A stretch of DNA of 64,000 nt, taken from assembly GCA_017499595.2 (NCBI GenBank), contig CM039003.1:1550001-1614000 (forward strand), written 5' to 3'. The position numbers and the translations under genes were made by a program. The notes under the pieces are model-generated. The model did no database searches and was not told where the DNA came from. It was given only the letters and a program-made list of their open reading frames with translations. The number at the start of each line of letters is the position of its first letter. The first letter of the stretch is position 1. Origin of the DNA: Psilocybe cubensis (Eukaryota). Of this stretch, positions 14,744 through 29,030 are shown piece after piece.

Positions 14744-15564
14744 GTGGAGGATAATGATTAGGGGCCAAAGCTGGTACCACGACGTGGCCTAACGTTTTAT
14801 AGTACTTAGGTGGCGAGATAGTTCGTACGTACGGCAGGCAGCAAGCGGTCAGCCGACCCAGACAACTTGGTAAAGTAATCTTAAAAATAGAAAACATTGT
14901 GGAGGTCGTTGTTGGCATATCTTCTATCTGTACTTCTGTGCGTATGGAGAGATCAGAGAAGCATCGTAGTCGACGGCAGCGTGAGTAAAACATACCCCCA
15001 GAGCTAAGTCGAATTCTATGGCTAAATTTATGGTTGCCTGTCTAGCATCATAGTTGTATTGTGCAGTATTTGACTGTAGCAAAGTGTGCTCGACTTTAAA
15101 CCCGAATGGATGATATTTCATGTTTAAAAGTCAGTGCCAGCGTGGCACCCGGTGTCCACACTGCGAAAGGTTAAGTAGAAGCCCGATATGAATAGCACAA
15201 TCCATGCTGCCTGCACGCAGCTAAGCAGAACAAGAGTGGTGCCCACGGCTGGCACCCATGCCTGACCACGGTGGCCACGAATTACAAAATTGCTTTGGAA
15301 TGGCAACCGTTTTGTAATGTCCCGTCTACTCGTGTGTTTAAGATAGGCTGAAGTGCGCACGTCATCGTAGTCTGTCTGAAGGGTGTCTTCATGTAGATCA
15401 TTTAGGTTGCATCCAAATTGGCAAAGCAATAGTAACAGAACGACTGTGAAAGCAAGCCCTAAATCTCCGCTTAAAAACAATTATGTAAGCCACTTGCGCG
15501 AAAGGTTGTGAAAGTAGAGCTGAGTCTTGCATCCTTTGCCAAAGATTCATATTCAACCCTTCAT

Positions 15565-17347
15565 ATGCCAGCAGAGCTTCCTGGTCTTTACTGGGACGAA
15601 AATCGGAACCGCTACTTCCCTTTATCTTCGCGACCCAAGTTACCACCTCCTCCAGTTAGCACAATTTCAAGCAACCTTCGGAAGGACTGTCAGTCAGCCA
15701 AACCACAAGTTAGCTCGCAATCACGTTCTCCCTCATCGAAGAAGAGGAAACATCAAAATGAACCATGGCATACAACCACACGGATGCTCTCTTGTAATGA
15801 CTACACAAAAATGTTGAAAGATGCACAGTAAGCTAGTTATAGCTCGTATTATCCATTGGTATTTGCTGATTTCATCGTCAGTGAGTTTCTCTGCTTTCAA
15901 TACGCATCTACCTCCCGTGTAACCTTAGAAAGGCTGCCTACACTTGGTCCCATACAGTCCTTTTGTGTAGGTCGGCATTTAGGTCAAAACTTGTCTATGG
16001 TTGACTAATCTATGAAGCAAACCTGTAGTCGACTCGTGTTGGGGACACCACTTGGCATATTTGCGGAGACAGTCAAGGGTGGATCTATACCAGGCAAATT
16101 CCGAATACCCAATGTGTTGGTGATTTGCACCGTTGGACAGCGGACCCTATTATGAGGTCCTCTGACCCAGTATGTCGCTTCTTTTTAGGCAATATCTTGA
16201 CTCATTTGGCCTAGATATCCTCAATATCTGCATCAGGATCACATTGCGTGTACGCCTCTGTGCCTTTCAATGGATCCACTGTCAAAGCTCAAAGAAAAAA
16301 TGCAGAATTTCTTGTTTGGGACCTGGGAAGGTGATGGTGCAAAATATGCTTGATCCAGAGTACGTTTGACCATAACTGTTCAAATACCTTCTAAACTGAC
16401 GTAGACATGCAACGATAGGCTTCTCTTTTTGTTAAAATTCAACTCTCTTAACGACATATGGACTTGCCACCTTCAAGGATCCTCTTTGATTCTAGGTGTG
16501 AATTATCGCAGTCTTTTACACATATCATCTGAAAGGCAAACCAGGGGCCAGCAGAAAGGCTGCTTATATTTCTGATATTGATGTTTCAAGAGTACCTGAG
16601 CATTTGGCCACCGGTAGCGATGTTTTCTCTATCACTCGACAAAATGTTAGTCTTCGCAGATTCCTTGCAAACCTGACTCGTTCTGATGGTAGTTCTCAGT
16701 CCCTAGTGTATACAGGTTCACGAACAGGGAGCATACATCGTTTTGACCTCCGTACATCCAAAAACAGAAGTCACATTCTTTTTGACGATCGCTTTGGAAC
16801 ATCTCCTAGAAGTTCTGTTGTTCACTTAGATATGATTCGAGATCATGAATTGCTAACGAGTCATTCCAATGGAGACGTAAGTTTTTCCGTGTTGTTGATT
16901 GGCCCATTTTTCATTTGTTCTATAGCTTCTTACATACGACGTTCGATTTACGACGAAGTCTACCAAATCATTTCCTGTTAAATCCTTTGAAGGGCATGTC
17001 AACTCATATACTCATAATCTAGTTCGTCCCCGCTTGAGCTCCATCGTTCGAACTGCAAATCTAACATAAACCATTAGGGAATAGCAGTCGACCATGAACG
17101 AGATCTACTATACGCAGCAGGTCAAGACAACCATATACGAGCTTGGTCATTGCGCACAGGCTTGCCACTGGCACCTCAAATAACAAACAAACGCGGAAAC
17201 CCTCTCACTACTGCGTTTTCTGACCCGATATTTTCTTTGCAAGTTGCGGACGAGGCTGGAAAAGATGGTGTTTCCCTATGGGCGACTTCGGGTCGTGAGC
17301 TGTACGAATTCCATCTAGGACAGCGTGGATTAGGGCCTAAGGGTTGA
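15565..17347 (+). CDS. DCAF4/WDR21-like WD40 protein
   Basis: N-terminal ELPGLYWDENRNRYF motif, VYTGSRTGSIHRFDLR, FEGHVNS and LYAAGQDNHIRAWSL are typical of this family. Confidence 0.7.
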
Positions 17348-18557
17348 TGTTTCTGGGCTATTCTCCGCTCCCGCCTTTTTACATGAATTCCAGTGAAAGG
17401 CCTTCCCAAAGCGGAGCAGGATATATCTATCAGGTCTCAGTGTGTGTTAGCCCCAGCTAATATCAGTTGTGCCTATTTTCCCCAGTGAAGGGGAGCTCAT
17501 GCTTACATTAATTGATTCATGTATTTAAAGATATCAAATTCGTCTCCTGAGTCCTGTGCGCTTCCGTGGATGAAGACCGGCGATGCATCTAAAAGTAGTA
17601 ACTATATAGCTATATGAGGCAATTACATCAACTGCAGAAGCATCATACAACCACACAACTGGAAACAGATCAAGTATAACAAACAAAAAGAAGTCCGTGG
17701 TCCAAACATCGAAAATTCCTAACCAGGTATTGATAAAGATACGACGAATACTACACAATGGAATCGCTACCAGCAAGTGGACTCAGCAAATTTATTACAT
17801 CGTAGCTTAGAGGACTTGGGTGCATAATGGGGATTACGCATCAGTTAGTCAATCGGATATGGAAGTGGATAACATACATCAAAAGCTAATAATGCATAGG
17901 ATGCAGAATGAAATCTCGCTATCTCCGGGAATTGATTAGGACTTCTCCGCGGCTGATGATGTTCGAGTAGAGACCATTACGATTCATATGCAGGTTTAAA
18001 AAGGTTGATAAAACTGATGCTTCTTGATTGAAATAATGAAATAATAATTCAATTTCTGTACCGTACTTGGAGTCGGCCTCAATTTAATTCATTCCCGGAC
18101 CATATTGCAGTGCACTTTGTGATTAGAGATAACGGCTCGTAAAAGAGCCACCCGCGACTGCGACGCGATCACATTACCACTAATACTATCAATTAAACCT
18201 GTATTCACCTCTCATTTCTTTGGCCTAGACATTCATAATGGCCTTGCGAATCCGGGCTAGAAGCACGCTATCATGCAGGTGCCAGTGCTACAAACTCCAC
18301 TATAAATGAAGTTCTAACTTGTTTGAGTATACATAAAACCTGCTGATTCAAAATCTAATAGGTCTAGCAGATTGCATAGTCTGCCCTGAGTAGTTTTTAC
18401 TGCGGACTGTCCGATGTCATTTAGGATTTATTCGCAAAATCGAGTGCCGCTGACGCCTATCTGGTGGCCCCTAATTGATGGCGCACGTGCCGTAACAAGC
18501 CTGCCCTAAATGAGATTCGGGTCGTATATAACAATTTCCGTTTCCTCCGTTTTCCCC

Positions 18558-19000
18558 AGGAGAGCGGTCTCTCCCAGCCTCAAGTACTCGAGAGATCTAC
18601 GGTGCGCGATTACGGCTTTCTCCCAATGCATTGTGCATTTCTAACACTTTGCGATGTTTCTAGTCCTGCGATCTCGTAGTGTCATGTTCGCAAAGAGTTA
18701 CAAGACGGTTGTCGTGGTGAGGGCGTGATACCCCGTGCGTTTCTTGTCCATACTTTCTTCCGAGGTTTTTCAACTCACATTGCTTCTCTACCAGTCACCC
18801 GGTGAAATAGCGACTTGGTTGACTTGGGAGAGGTTTATCTCCGTCATCTATCCAGGCGTTGTGTCTGCGGAGCACAGATATTCGGGCCGAACCCAGTTAA
18901 TGACCGCCCTTTTGGGCTGGGCTCGCGAAACAAAAATCGCAGCTGGCTAGCGTCCGGGCTGTCTGCTCCCCCCGAAGTAATCGGGGTATAAGCAGAAAAT
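18558..19000 (+). ncRNA. candidate structured non-coding RNA of unassigned class
   Basis: TATATAA at 18525-18531, then serial hairpins (18559-18574, 18647-18695, 18700-18747, 18784-18832, 18839-18872, 18888-18925, 18963-18995) with G-U pairs mostly favouring the + strand. No convincing ORF. Confidence 0.4.
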
Positions 19001-19406
19001 TTTCAAATCAAATAACCCAGGCCATCCTCTTCCGACGATGCTGGACAACTTCACCTCGTGGTTTATTCTATGTCGTAGTGTAGATTGCGCTGTTCGGGTC
19101 GTTGACTGGTTCCCATTGAACGAATATATGGGTTTCAGAGCAATTTTTCAGTGGGATTATGAGGTGTATATTCTCCAGATGGAATGTTTGCTTGAAACAT
19201 CTGGATTTATAAAGGCAGTGGGCGCCAATCCGTGCTGATTGATCGACCGTATGCAATGCAAAGGGGATAGGTATTCTTGATTTGGTGAAGTATGTATGGT
19301 CATTCCAGTGGCAGTGGGGGCAGAGCAGAGCAGTAAGCAGATACATGGTACATACATTGCTAATCAATTGAGCATCGTAGGATTATAGTGGTGATATCAA
19401 CTTGGT

Positions 19407-20564
19407 TTATGAGAAAGCAACTCCACTCTTCCCGGCGTCGCGGAAGATGCTCAACGCCTCCCACGCTTTCCCAGAAGTAACACTTTCACGCGCAAGTTGC
19501 GCACCTTCCTTATAATCCTTCGCGATGCCCGCTACCACCAACAACGCAGAGGCATTCATAAGCACAAAGTCCAGTACAGGGACGAGCTTCTCAGGTATGT
19601 TTTCCCCAGATGTGAGCAGCGTCGTGAACGTCTCCGCGTTCTCTTGCGGTCCACCTCCCCCCACAGCGGTGAGCGGGTGTGCAGGCAGGCCAAAGTCCGC
19701 AGGCGTCAGCGTGGTCGCTGTCACATTCCCATCCTTGAGCTCCCAGGCGTGCGTGGGGCCCGCACAGCTGATCTCGTCAAGACCCTCGAAGCCGCACACG
19801 ACCAGCGCGCGCTCAACGCCGCCTTCTCGCAGCGAATGGGCGAAGGTCTGCCCGATCTCACGTTCTGCGACGCCAAGGACCATTCCACGGGGACAGGCTG
19901 GGTTGATGAGGGGTCCAAGGACGTTGAACATGGTGCGGAAGGGGAGAGACTTGCGGTATGGCGCGATCATGGCGAGCGCAGGGTGGTAATGCGGCGCGAG
20001 GATGAACGTGAAGGGGATGCGGGGGATCGGTGTGGGCAAGCCCGGCGTGGGTGCGACGAAGAGACATTCTAGGGACTCGAGCAGGTCGGCGGAGCCAGAC
20101 GACGAGGTCGATGCGCGACTCCCATGCTAATAACGCATAATGAAAGATGTGTCGGCTAGATTGGCGCAAGATACGATCAAAGCCTAATAACGCACCTTGA
20201 TAACACGCGCTCCTGCACCTGCAGCCACCACCGCTGCTGTCGTGCTAACATTAAACAGGTTGTAGCCGTCCCCACCAGTCCCGACGATGTCGACCACAAA
20301 ATCGCCCTCAGCGTCCTGTACCGAAGCCTTCAACGCACGTGCGCGCAACACGCTGGCTGCTGCTGCCAACGACTCCGGCCGTCTCTCCACCCTATGGATA
20401 TGGAGCGCAGTCAAGAACGCCCCGATCTGTGCTGGATGTAGGATATCGGGTGTGAACAAGTGATTGAGCGCCTGTTTGAGATCATCCGCTGAAAAATACT
20501 CTGGTGTCTGGACGAGTTTGTTCAGCAGCGGCCGGAACGACTGCGCGGTATATTCGCTGGCCAT
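19407..20564 (-). CDS. TRP4: anthranilate phosphoribosyltransferase
   Basis: DIVGTGGDGYNLFNVST, KHGSRASTSSSGSADLL (across a single intron at about 20127-20195), FRTMFNVLGPLINP and GLDEIS. Confidence 0.96.
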
Positions 20565-21340
20565 GGGATCAGGGGTGGGCAACGTCTGGTTTAGATAGGG
20601 ATACGACATCGCTGGGGACGTTTTTACGAGCTTTAAATAGTGGAATCGCTCCCAGGCTGACTCCTTGGGATGAAAGGAAACTTGAAGGGTCTTCGGAGGG
20701 TCAATAAATAACAGCCCCATTCCGTACCCGAATCGCCGGCCCTTTTACCTTTTCGCACTTGATCGTCCGACAGACCTCTCGCTTCGCTCTCGCATTCGAT
20801 GAGATTGAGAGACTCATTATTGAGGATGGCGAATAACCTGGCAGCTTCCATATCGGCGAGCGAATTTGAAGATTTCATTTTCACCCAATGAGCTCTGGTA
20901 AGTGGCAGGTCTACAAGATTCCGTGACATTGGCTAAGCGTTAGGGCCACAACTTGAGACTTGCGTAACCCGAAATTTTCAATTCATGATACTCTAGTTCA
21001 GTAGTTCAATATGCGCACTTTGCCATATCTATCGGGTCTTTACAAAAACCGCCGCATAAGATGTTTCGTAAATGAATAAACATCGAGGTGGCAAATTAAA
21101 CCCCGAAAGTTTACTTCGTCGCTTTCTAGGGCACTGGTCCTCCGATTCCACAGGTCGACTTCCACAATGAAATCACGTACACTGGGATAGAACCAGATTG
21201 CAAGGAATATACCCGAAAAATATTTTATAAAAATTCGAAACAAATCTACTTGCTAATGACAAAAGTCCCTTCCTTATGTATGTAGGTCCTTAACTTTGTG
21301 TTCTCCACTCGTATTTCATCCCATTCATTAACTTACCAGC

Positions 21341-24076
21341 TCACGGAAGAGCGAGGAACAAAGGTAGCAACTTGGAGAAGTTGGGTGTACCAACACCTAA
21401 GTCAGACACAATAAGTATCTCACTGAAACACCAAAACAAAAGGGAGTACTGACCAGTGACGGGGTCCCATCCAGTGGTGCTAAAAGGTATGTCAGTAAAA
21501 GGGAAGTGATTTGATTCAAGGCACATACGCAGTGAATCCAGCAGTCCCTATCATTCGTGGTCAGTCTTTCCATTAAAAGTCATCTAATTCAACAAAACTC
21601 ACCGCATCCCTGGTTACCTCCAGACGTGATATCGTTAAATGCGGAGGCAAAGGCAGAAGAGTAGATCTTCAGTGGTGTAAATTATCAATAGCTGTGGTGA
21701 CTGCAAACCTGAAATCTACGTACCGAAGGGTTAATGAATCCGACAGGACCTTTTCCAGCTGCGAGACGGGCATCGTTGATAAGGGTGATCAGAGAGCCGA
21801 CCACCGGCGAAGAAGCGGACGTTCCGAAGACAAGGCTGAATGTACCGTCGATACCGATGACATAGTTCGCTCTGTGATCGGGTCGGTACACCTAATTATA
21901 TGCGCACTTTGTGGCCACTTACCCATTGGCAGAGAGATCAGGGAAGCCTCTGGACTTTCCAGTGCTGTTGAATACGGTAGAGGCAAACGGTGGCTTATGT
22001 TCTGTCAAAAAGTTGGTTACTGCTGTTTGCTGGTAGGACGGAATTCTAGGTACGTTGACAATGCTAAGCACATTTATTTCTAGAACCGATTATCTTCACT
22101 CACGCAAAGATGTTGGAGAAACCACCACCGGAGAAGATGACTTGCTCGCAGGCACCTTCAGGATCGTTGACAGTGCTTCCTGGATTGACTTGTGTAGCAC
22201 CAACTGCGGTCACGAAGGGACAGGTGACCTTGATAGGGAATGTTATAGATATGAAGCACGGTAATAAAAACATCCACGTACTGGGAATCCAGGATTGAAG
22301 ACAGTTCCTCCTCTGTTTACGGGTTGATCTGAACAGCAAATTATGAATTATTGTCACAGTATATATAAGTGGGTGTCACTCACGCTTAGTATTGAGGCAA
22401 ACGCCGCCTCCACCAGCAACACCATCGTCACCACTACTGTAAAGGACAGTGGTTCCCAGCAAACCGAGCTAACGCAGAATAAATGAGAACATATTTGAAA
22501 AAGTGACAATGTAACAAGTGGCGTACCTTAGCATACTCGGTGCATTGGCGGTTAGCAAATGCGGGAGTGACAGAGACTTCGTCTTGGCCGTAGGACACTG
22601 AGACGACGAAAGGTGGTGCAACAATACCGCACGATTCCGGGCCTTTGAATCCACCTTTAGCAGGGTCGGGATATATTCCGTCCTACGTGCACATTAGATG
22701 ATTGAAAATGGAAAAAGGTCGGGCTCAAATCGTACCTGTGTAGGGTCATCTCCACCTTCGAAGGTACAGAAAGAGCCGTCAACAGCATCAAGCCAGTTAT
22801 CAAACCCAGCACCTATAGACGACTCGTATCAGCTTCAAACCTTTCATGGAGGTAGATACTTGAAATGACAAACCTTCAACGAGATCTCCGGTCTGGAGAA
22901 GTGTGATAGGTTGAGGGGCAGTAAGACCCATAGCGTACTCGAGGTCCAAATCACTTTCACCATTGAAATCAAAGCTTTGCTGAGTGGTTTGGACGACAGC
23001 TAAATTAAATGATTAGCCATTTATACTACGTCGCTTAATGATCAGTAAACTTACCCCCATCAATAAGAACATTGACAGGACGAACGCCGACGAGGCTTGG
23101 GGAGAAATTCCTAAAATCATCAGGATCAATTTGTCATTCCGGATAATCAAACATGACAGTCTTGCCTGAAGAAGAGATCAAGGTCTGGGCCCAAGAATGC
23201 CTGAGGAGTGAATTCCACTGTTCAAGATATTGTATGAGCATCTCTTGTGAATGGAAAGAAACTGGAAGCATATACCAATGCCGTAAGAGTTCTTCGCTGT
23301 TGCGACAGGGGTGTAATTGACGGCATACAGAGCGCGAAGGCAGTCGAGAGTGATGTTCTCATCGCAGTTCTCGAGAGAAGGAGTTATAGTGACGAGTTTA
23401 TCAGACTTCTTGGGTCCGGTTCTAGCTGAGGGCATGCCTAGACCTCCTCCGCGTTTCCTTATGGCCAATGGAGATGGACGATGGTTGAATTGAACGGTAG
23501 GCCTGATTAAGTCGATGTGATCACGGATGTGGCCAGGGAGGGAGTAGTTGTGGCATCCTAAAATGTGGATATCAGTTGAAAAAAAAATGATGAATGGTCA
23601 AGATTTGACTGACCAAACTGCTCGTCACCCGATGGGTGAGTGTATACGTGATATTCTGTGTTCAAGAGTTCCTCAACCTCGGCGGTGGTAGCATCCATCG
23701 AGATCCATCCCTTGTTGGCAGAAAGACGTAGGCGATCTCGAGAGAACCCTGAGTCAACGAGCCACTTGGTGACGGCAGAGATTGTGTCGTCACTGGGTGC
23801 AAACAGATCTACAACCTCGGCGGGACTATAGTGTTTACCGAAGGTTGGTGACTCTGGGTGAGATACTGCCATCAGAAGCTCTTCGACACGGTGGAGATTC
23901 TGCTGGGTAAGCCCAAATCGCATAGGCAGAATCTTGTTTGCATCGAGTCGATGGGATAGCTCCCAGTCGACGGGCTCTGTAGCCCTCTTTTCGTGCACGA
24001 AGAGGGGTGCCCTCTTGGAGGGTGCTGCATACGCCACACCCGCAAGAGCTACGAGAACGGAGATGTTGAAGCGCAT
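21341..24076 (-). CDS. sedolisin / tripeptidyl-peptidase, peptidase family S53 (paralog 1)
   Basis: Signal peptide, HEKR prodomain, GESDLDLEY (Glu/Asp), SSGDDG, GTSASSP (Ser) and GWDPVTGVGTP. Confidence 0.93.
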
Positions 24077-25432
24077 TGTATGACCTGCGTAGTGCACAAG
24101 CACAGCGAAGATCAATATTTGGATTGGTGAAAGCTTTATACCATCGACGGATAAGCCTCGTTCTAAGCACTGAATTGACGAGGCCGGTACATGGATACAT
24201 GCCGCTCTCTTCCAGTACCGGGTTGAGAAAAATTAACAGCGTATCGCATGGGTGATAAAGACGATAAACCTATCAAAGAATACGACGAGGGAATTAGGGG
24301 TCGACATTAGAAACGAGCACGCGCCAATGAGCCTTTTCGTTCACTGCTTGGGAAGAAATTGGTATACTCCCAATTAAAATAGCTGTACTCTTGTAGAAGA
24401 TCGTTATTCTTGGAAAACCTTTGCCAAAACCGGTATTAGTCACGTATTGTGATGCATGATGGTTGTATTAGAGTATGTACCTTCAGCATATTTATGGCCC
24501 GCAGCGCACAAGACCAAGTGGTCCCAAACGTGACAAACCATTGAAGCGATAAGAAAGCTCAGAAGGAGATGAACACATTTAAAAGCCTATAGCTGAGAGA
24601 CGCCATGCAAAGATAACATCGAAGCATCTCGTCTCGGAGAATTAGAGAGCTTGTTCATGGTTGATTGGTCCTTGAATCAATAGCAAGTGTAAAATCAATG
24701 CCAATCAGCAATGCAAACAGTAGGTTCCGTAGTAGTAAAGTCTCAGCCTATCACTTCTTGAAGATAGAAGACCAAGGATGGCCTAAAATAAGGAGTACCG
24801 GAAGGTTACCGTCCCCAATTGGTGGTATTTTCGATTTACCATGGGAATATCATGACGCAGAAATAAACACGGAGCGCGGTGATAATGAATCCGTTATGCA
24901 CTAGTAGCTGTGAGAAGAGCTCCACGGAAAACATTTACGATACGAGTAGCGCGACCGCGTTGCCCTTTGGTGGATCGTGAGGGCACTATGGGTTAAAAGG
25001 TTTGAATTTGGATGATGACTTTCGGGTGATGACGTTTAACGTTAAAGTTGAAGACGCCAGGTTATGGATATATCCGATCAGAATTATGTGTGAAACTAGC
25101 AGTATTTGGAGACGTGCGGAGCTCTCGGTGCATTGACGACAGTACTCGCGCTGAGTAAACGTTGAACGACGGCAGTGGAAAGACACAGTAGACAGCACTG
25201 CCACAATCTCGAATCACATCTGTGCCTGTCGGAGGCTGAAATTTAATCTCACAATCCCGGCAATGTCCGGAAGAAAAAAGAACTTTGACAAGCTGCCGAC
25301 AAGAACCTCAAACATGGCTTTAATGGCTTGGGGTTAACGTCGACATCAGTCCCTTCCCTTATATTTCCGTCTTATTGAGTACAAGTATGACGAATACGCA
25401 GAAACTGAGCAAGTTCTGCTATAAAAATCTTC

Positions 25433-28307
25433 TCACGGCAACACCAGCGCAAGCACGAGGAGCTTGGAAAGATTTGGTGTACCGACACCTAGATTTCATT
25501 GGTCGATACATAGCCTAAAAAGATGAAAGTGCGTGCAGCATACCTGTAACGGGATCCCAGCCTGTCGTGCTAACGTAGAATTAATGGTTAGAAAAACCTT
25601 CATTGAAAAATCATGTATCATTCTCTTACGCAGTAAATCCGGGAGTGCCTGAATGGGTTGGCGTCTGAATAAGCCACTTGAAACCCTTTATAACGAGTTA
25701 CTCACCGCATCCCCTATTTCCACCTGAGGTGATATCATTGAATGCAGGTTTAAATAGTGGGTTGTATATCTGCATATTATAGGTTAATGGAAGACCAGGT
25801 TTCAGACGTTAAGAAAACTCGCTAGTGGATTCAAGAAACCGACTGGGCGCTTGCCTATAGCGAGGCGAGCGTCATTGACAAGAGTGAATATAGACCCAAC
25901 CACTGGAGAGGAGGCTGACGTCCCGAAAACAAGGCTAAAGTTTCCATCGATACCTTAAGTGGAGAATGGGGCTCGCATCGGACAACACAAGAAAGTAACA
26001 GGAGCATCACTGACCAATGACGTAGTTGGCCCTGGGTCAAATTTCACCTGATTTCAGCAACAGGTTGACATTTGTAAGTGAAGGAAATTACCCATTGGCG
26101 GAGATGTCAGGGAATGCTCGAGCCTTGTTATACAATCAGCGGATGGCATACAATATGCTTAGAATTTATCAGACCCACATTACCAGTATTGTTGAACTCT
26201 CCGTTGGTGAAAGGGGGTGGATGGTTCTTCAAAAACGACTTGACCGCATCAGCTTGGAAGGAAGGAAGTCTAGAGCATTTTAGTGCAGCGATGATTTAAT
26301 CTGAGACAAAACTTACGGGAATATATTAGAAAAGCCGCCCCCAGAGAATATGACCTGTTCACAAGCCCCCTCGGGATCGTTGACAGTGGATCCAGGGTTT
26401 ACTTGAGTAGCTCCGACTGCGGTAACAAAGGGACAGGATGCCTATGACTCATAAAAATACAGATGCTTTTAGTGGATTGAAAGACTTACAGGAAAGCCTG
26501 GATTGAAGACTGTGCCATTATTTTTCACAGGTTGGTCTATAAATAGATGCGTCGTTAACTCCTTGAGCTACAAGTTGACTTGTGGGTATACGTACGTTGG
26601 GCATTGAGACAAACTCCCCCGTTTCCGGCGACACCGTTATCGCCACTGCTATGAAACACTGTAGTGCCCATAAGCCCGAGCTACGTATCGATGCATAAGT
26701 GTATTAGTTAAATTTAGCTATACAACGGAAGCATACCTTCGCGTATTCAGAACATTGCCTGTTTGCAAAAGCAGATGTCACAGTGGACTCGTCCTGAAGA
26801 TAAGAGACAGACACAGTATGGGGAGGCGCAACAATGCCACATGATTCGGGCCCTGGAATGGTATCCTATAAGACCTTTGATTCGCACTCAAAGATGGAAA
26901 GCTTGCCAGTAAACCCTCCGGGAAGAGTATCAGGGTAGATTCCATCCTGAATAAATTAGCTATAGTTCATATTTTAAAAAGGTAGGGAAGCAAAATTTAC
27001 TTGTTCAGGATCATCACCTCCTTCGAATGTACAGAAGGACCCGTCAACAGCATCAAGCCAATTGTCAAAACCGGCGCCTAAGTTGGCATGTCAATTTATT
27101 GATTTCATAGAAAATTATTGTAATTTGACCAACCTTCAACAAGATCTCCAGTCTGCAAAAGTGTAATTGGCTGAGGATTTGTTAAAGACATGGCATATTC
27201 AAGATCGAGGTCGCTTTCCCCATTAACGTCAAAATCTTGTTCAGTGGTTTGAACGACAGCTCCATCGATCAACACAGGGATGGGGCGGGTGCCGACTTGG
27301 CTGGGCGAAAAGTTGCTAACATTAAAGAAATCTATTCGGTTATGTTTTCCAAAGGAGAAGATCTGATGACAAACCCGAAAAATAGATCGAGATCTTTTTC
27401 TAGGAAAGATTGAGGTGTGAATTCAACTGAAGGTATTGGAGTCGATGTCAGTACTTTTCCATTGAGGAATCGGAAGCAATATAACTACCTATACCATAGC
27501 TGTTCTTCTTTGTTGCAACTGGCTTATATTTAATGGAATACAGTGCCCTCAAACAATCTGGTGTGATAAATTTATCGCAGTTTTCCAGAGAGGGAGTGAT
27601 CGCGACCGCCTTGCTAGCTTTCTTGGGACCAGTGAAGATTGATGGCGCGCCCAGGTTTGGTCCAGAACGCCTCTGCAGGACGTTGGCAGTGGGACGATGA
27701 TTGAAATGGACGGTGGGCTTTATCAAATCGATGTGTCCTTTAACATGAGCAGGAACGGAATAACTATGGCAGCCTTTGAACCGGAAAATATTCTGGTGTC
27801 AGTCGAGGTCCGGATATCTAACAGGACAGTTCCAATATGTAGCTCACCAATTTGTTCGTCGCCAGAGGGGTGGGTATAGACGTGGTACTCAGTCTGGAGA
27901 AGCTCTTCAGCTTCAGCTGTGGTAACGTTGAGATGTATCCATCCTTTGTTGGATGAGAGACGCAAACGGTCTCTGGAAATGCCAGATTCAGTTAACCACC
28001 GTGTCACTGTCGCAATTGACTCGGCACTGGGCGCAAAGAGGTCCACCACCTCAGCAGGCGTGTAATGTTGTCCATACAATGGTGATTCAGGATGAGATAC
28101 TTGCATCAACAGCTCCTCTAAGCGATGCATATTTTGCTGTGCCAGGCCAAAACGCATAGGTAGGATTCTGTGGGGTTCAAGACGGCGGGCACGAGTCCAT
28201 TCAAGAGGCTCGGCTGCTCGTCGTTCATGGACGACATGAGAGCGAGGAGAGGGCACCGCAATGGCACACGCCGCAAACAAAAGGGCTGAAAATGCGGTGA
28301 CACGCAT
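25433..28307 (-). CDS. sedolisin / tripeptidyl-peptidase, peptidase family S53 (paralog 2)
   Basis: Signal peptide, HERR prodomain, GESDLDLEY, SSGDNG, GTSASSP and GWDPVTGVGTP. One GC-AG intron at 25770-25822. Confidence 0.92.
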
Positions 28308-29030
28308 TCCACAGGCAGAGGAAGAAAACTTCGTTTCTAAGAAAGAACGAAGTTATTGCCGATGCTTGTTTTAAATGAATCCTCTGACAATTATAATCAT
28401 TCCATTTACTTTGTGTGTCCTTTATCGTATGGCACGCCTATGGTAGCCGCGTTTGGTACAGAGATATATCTGTGAACCCCAGACGGCTGCGCGCCGGGGT
28501 CTGACAGCTCGAGGAAGCCAAAATACAGATAACAAGGTGTGCTGCTTGTGACCACATTGAAGTACGCGGGTATCTTCAATGGCTGCAAGTACAAATATTT
28601 GGTGAGTATTGCAACGATGAAATGAACATACCGCACAAACTGTCTATGAGTTACAATTGCATGGGTATAATTAAACTCTGGAGGTGATAACTAGACCATT
28701 AGTATTGTGTCCATGTGGTATGCCTAGGAACATGCGCATAGCCGTTCGTCAGCACATTCTCCTGGTAGACACAGGTGGGATTACATGCTTACCCCGTATC
28801 AATTAGTGTGAGCAAACCAACAGAAATTACACACGAAGTCAACCTGTATCTCACAGAACGAGCGATAAATTTAGCGAACGGCATGACTTGACGCTGGGGG
28901 CCGTTATCCAGCTGGAGTAAGGGCCGCAAGAGAATTTGCGCCAGTGTTAGATCGACTGCGCTTTGCGCTTTCTAGAAAAGCTATATTCGAGAACGCGATG
29001 ACACCGTGCCACACCGTTTCATTTTCTTGG

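Noticed and set aside
18460-19020. Assignment of the structured region as telomerase RNA
   Set aside because: Only isolated CCCTAA or TAACCC hexamers are present, with no template of 1.5 repeats. Left as an unassigned ncRNA candidate.
19497-20169. Long antisense and alternate-frame ORFs over TRP4 (and similar ones over THI4, septins, ILV3, RIO1)
   Set aside because: Explained by GC-rich codon usage of the real genes; no recognisable motifs.
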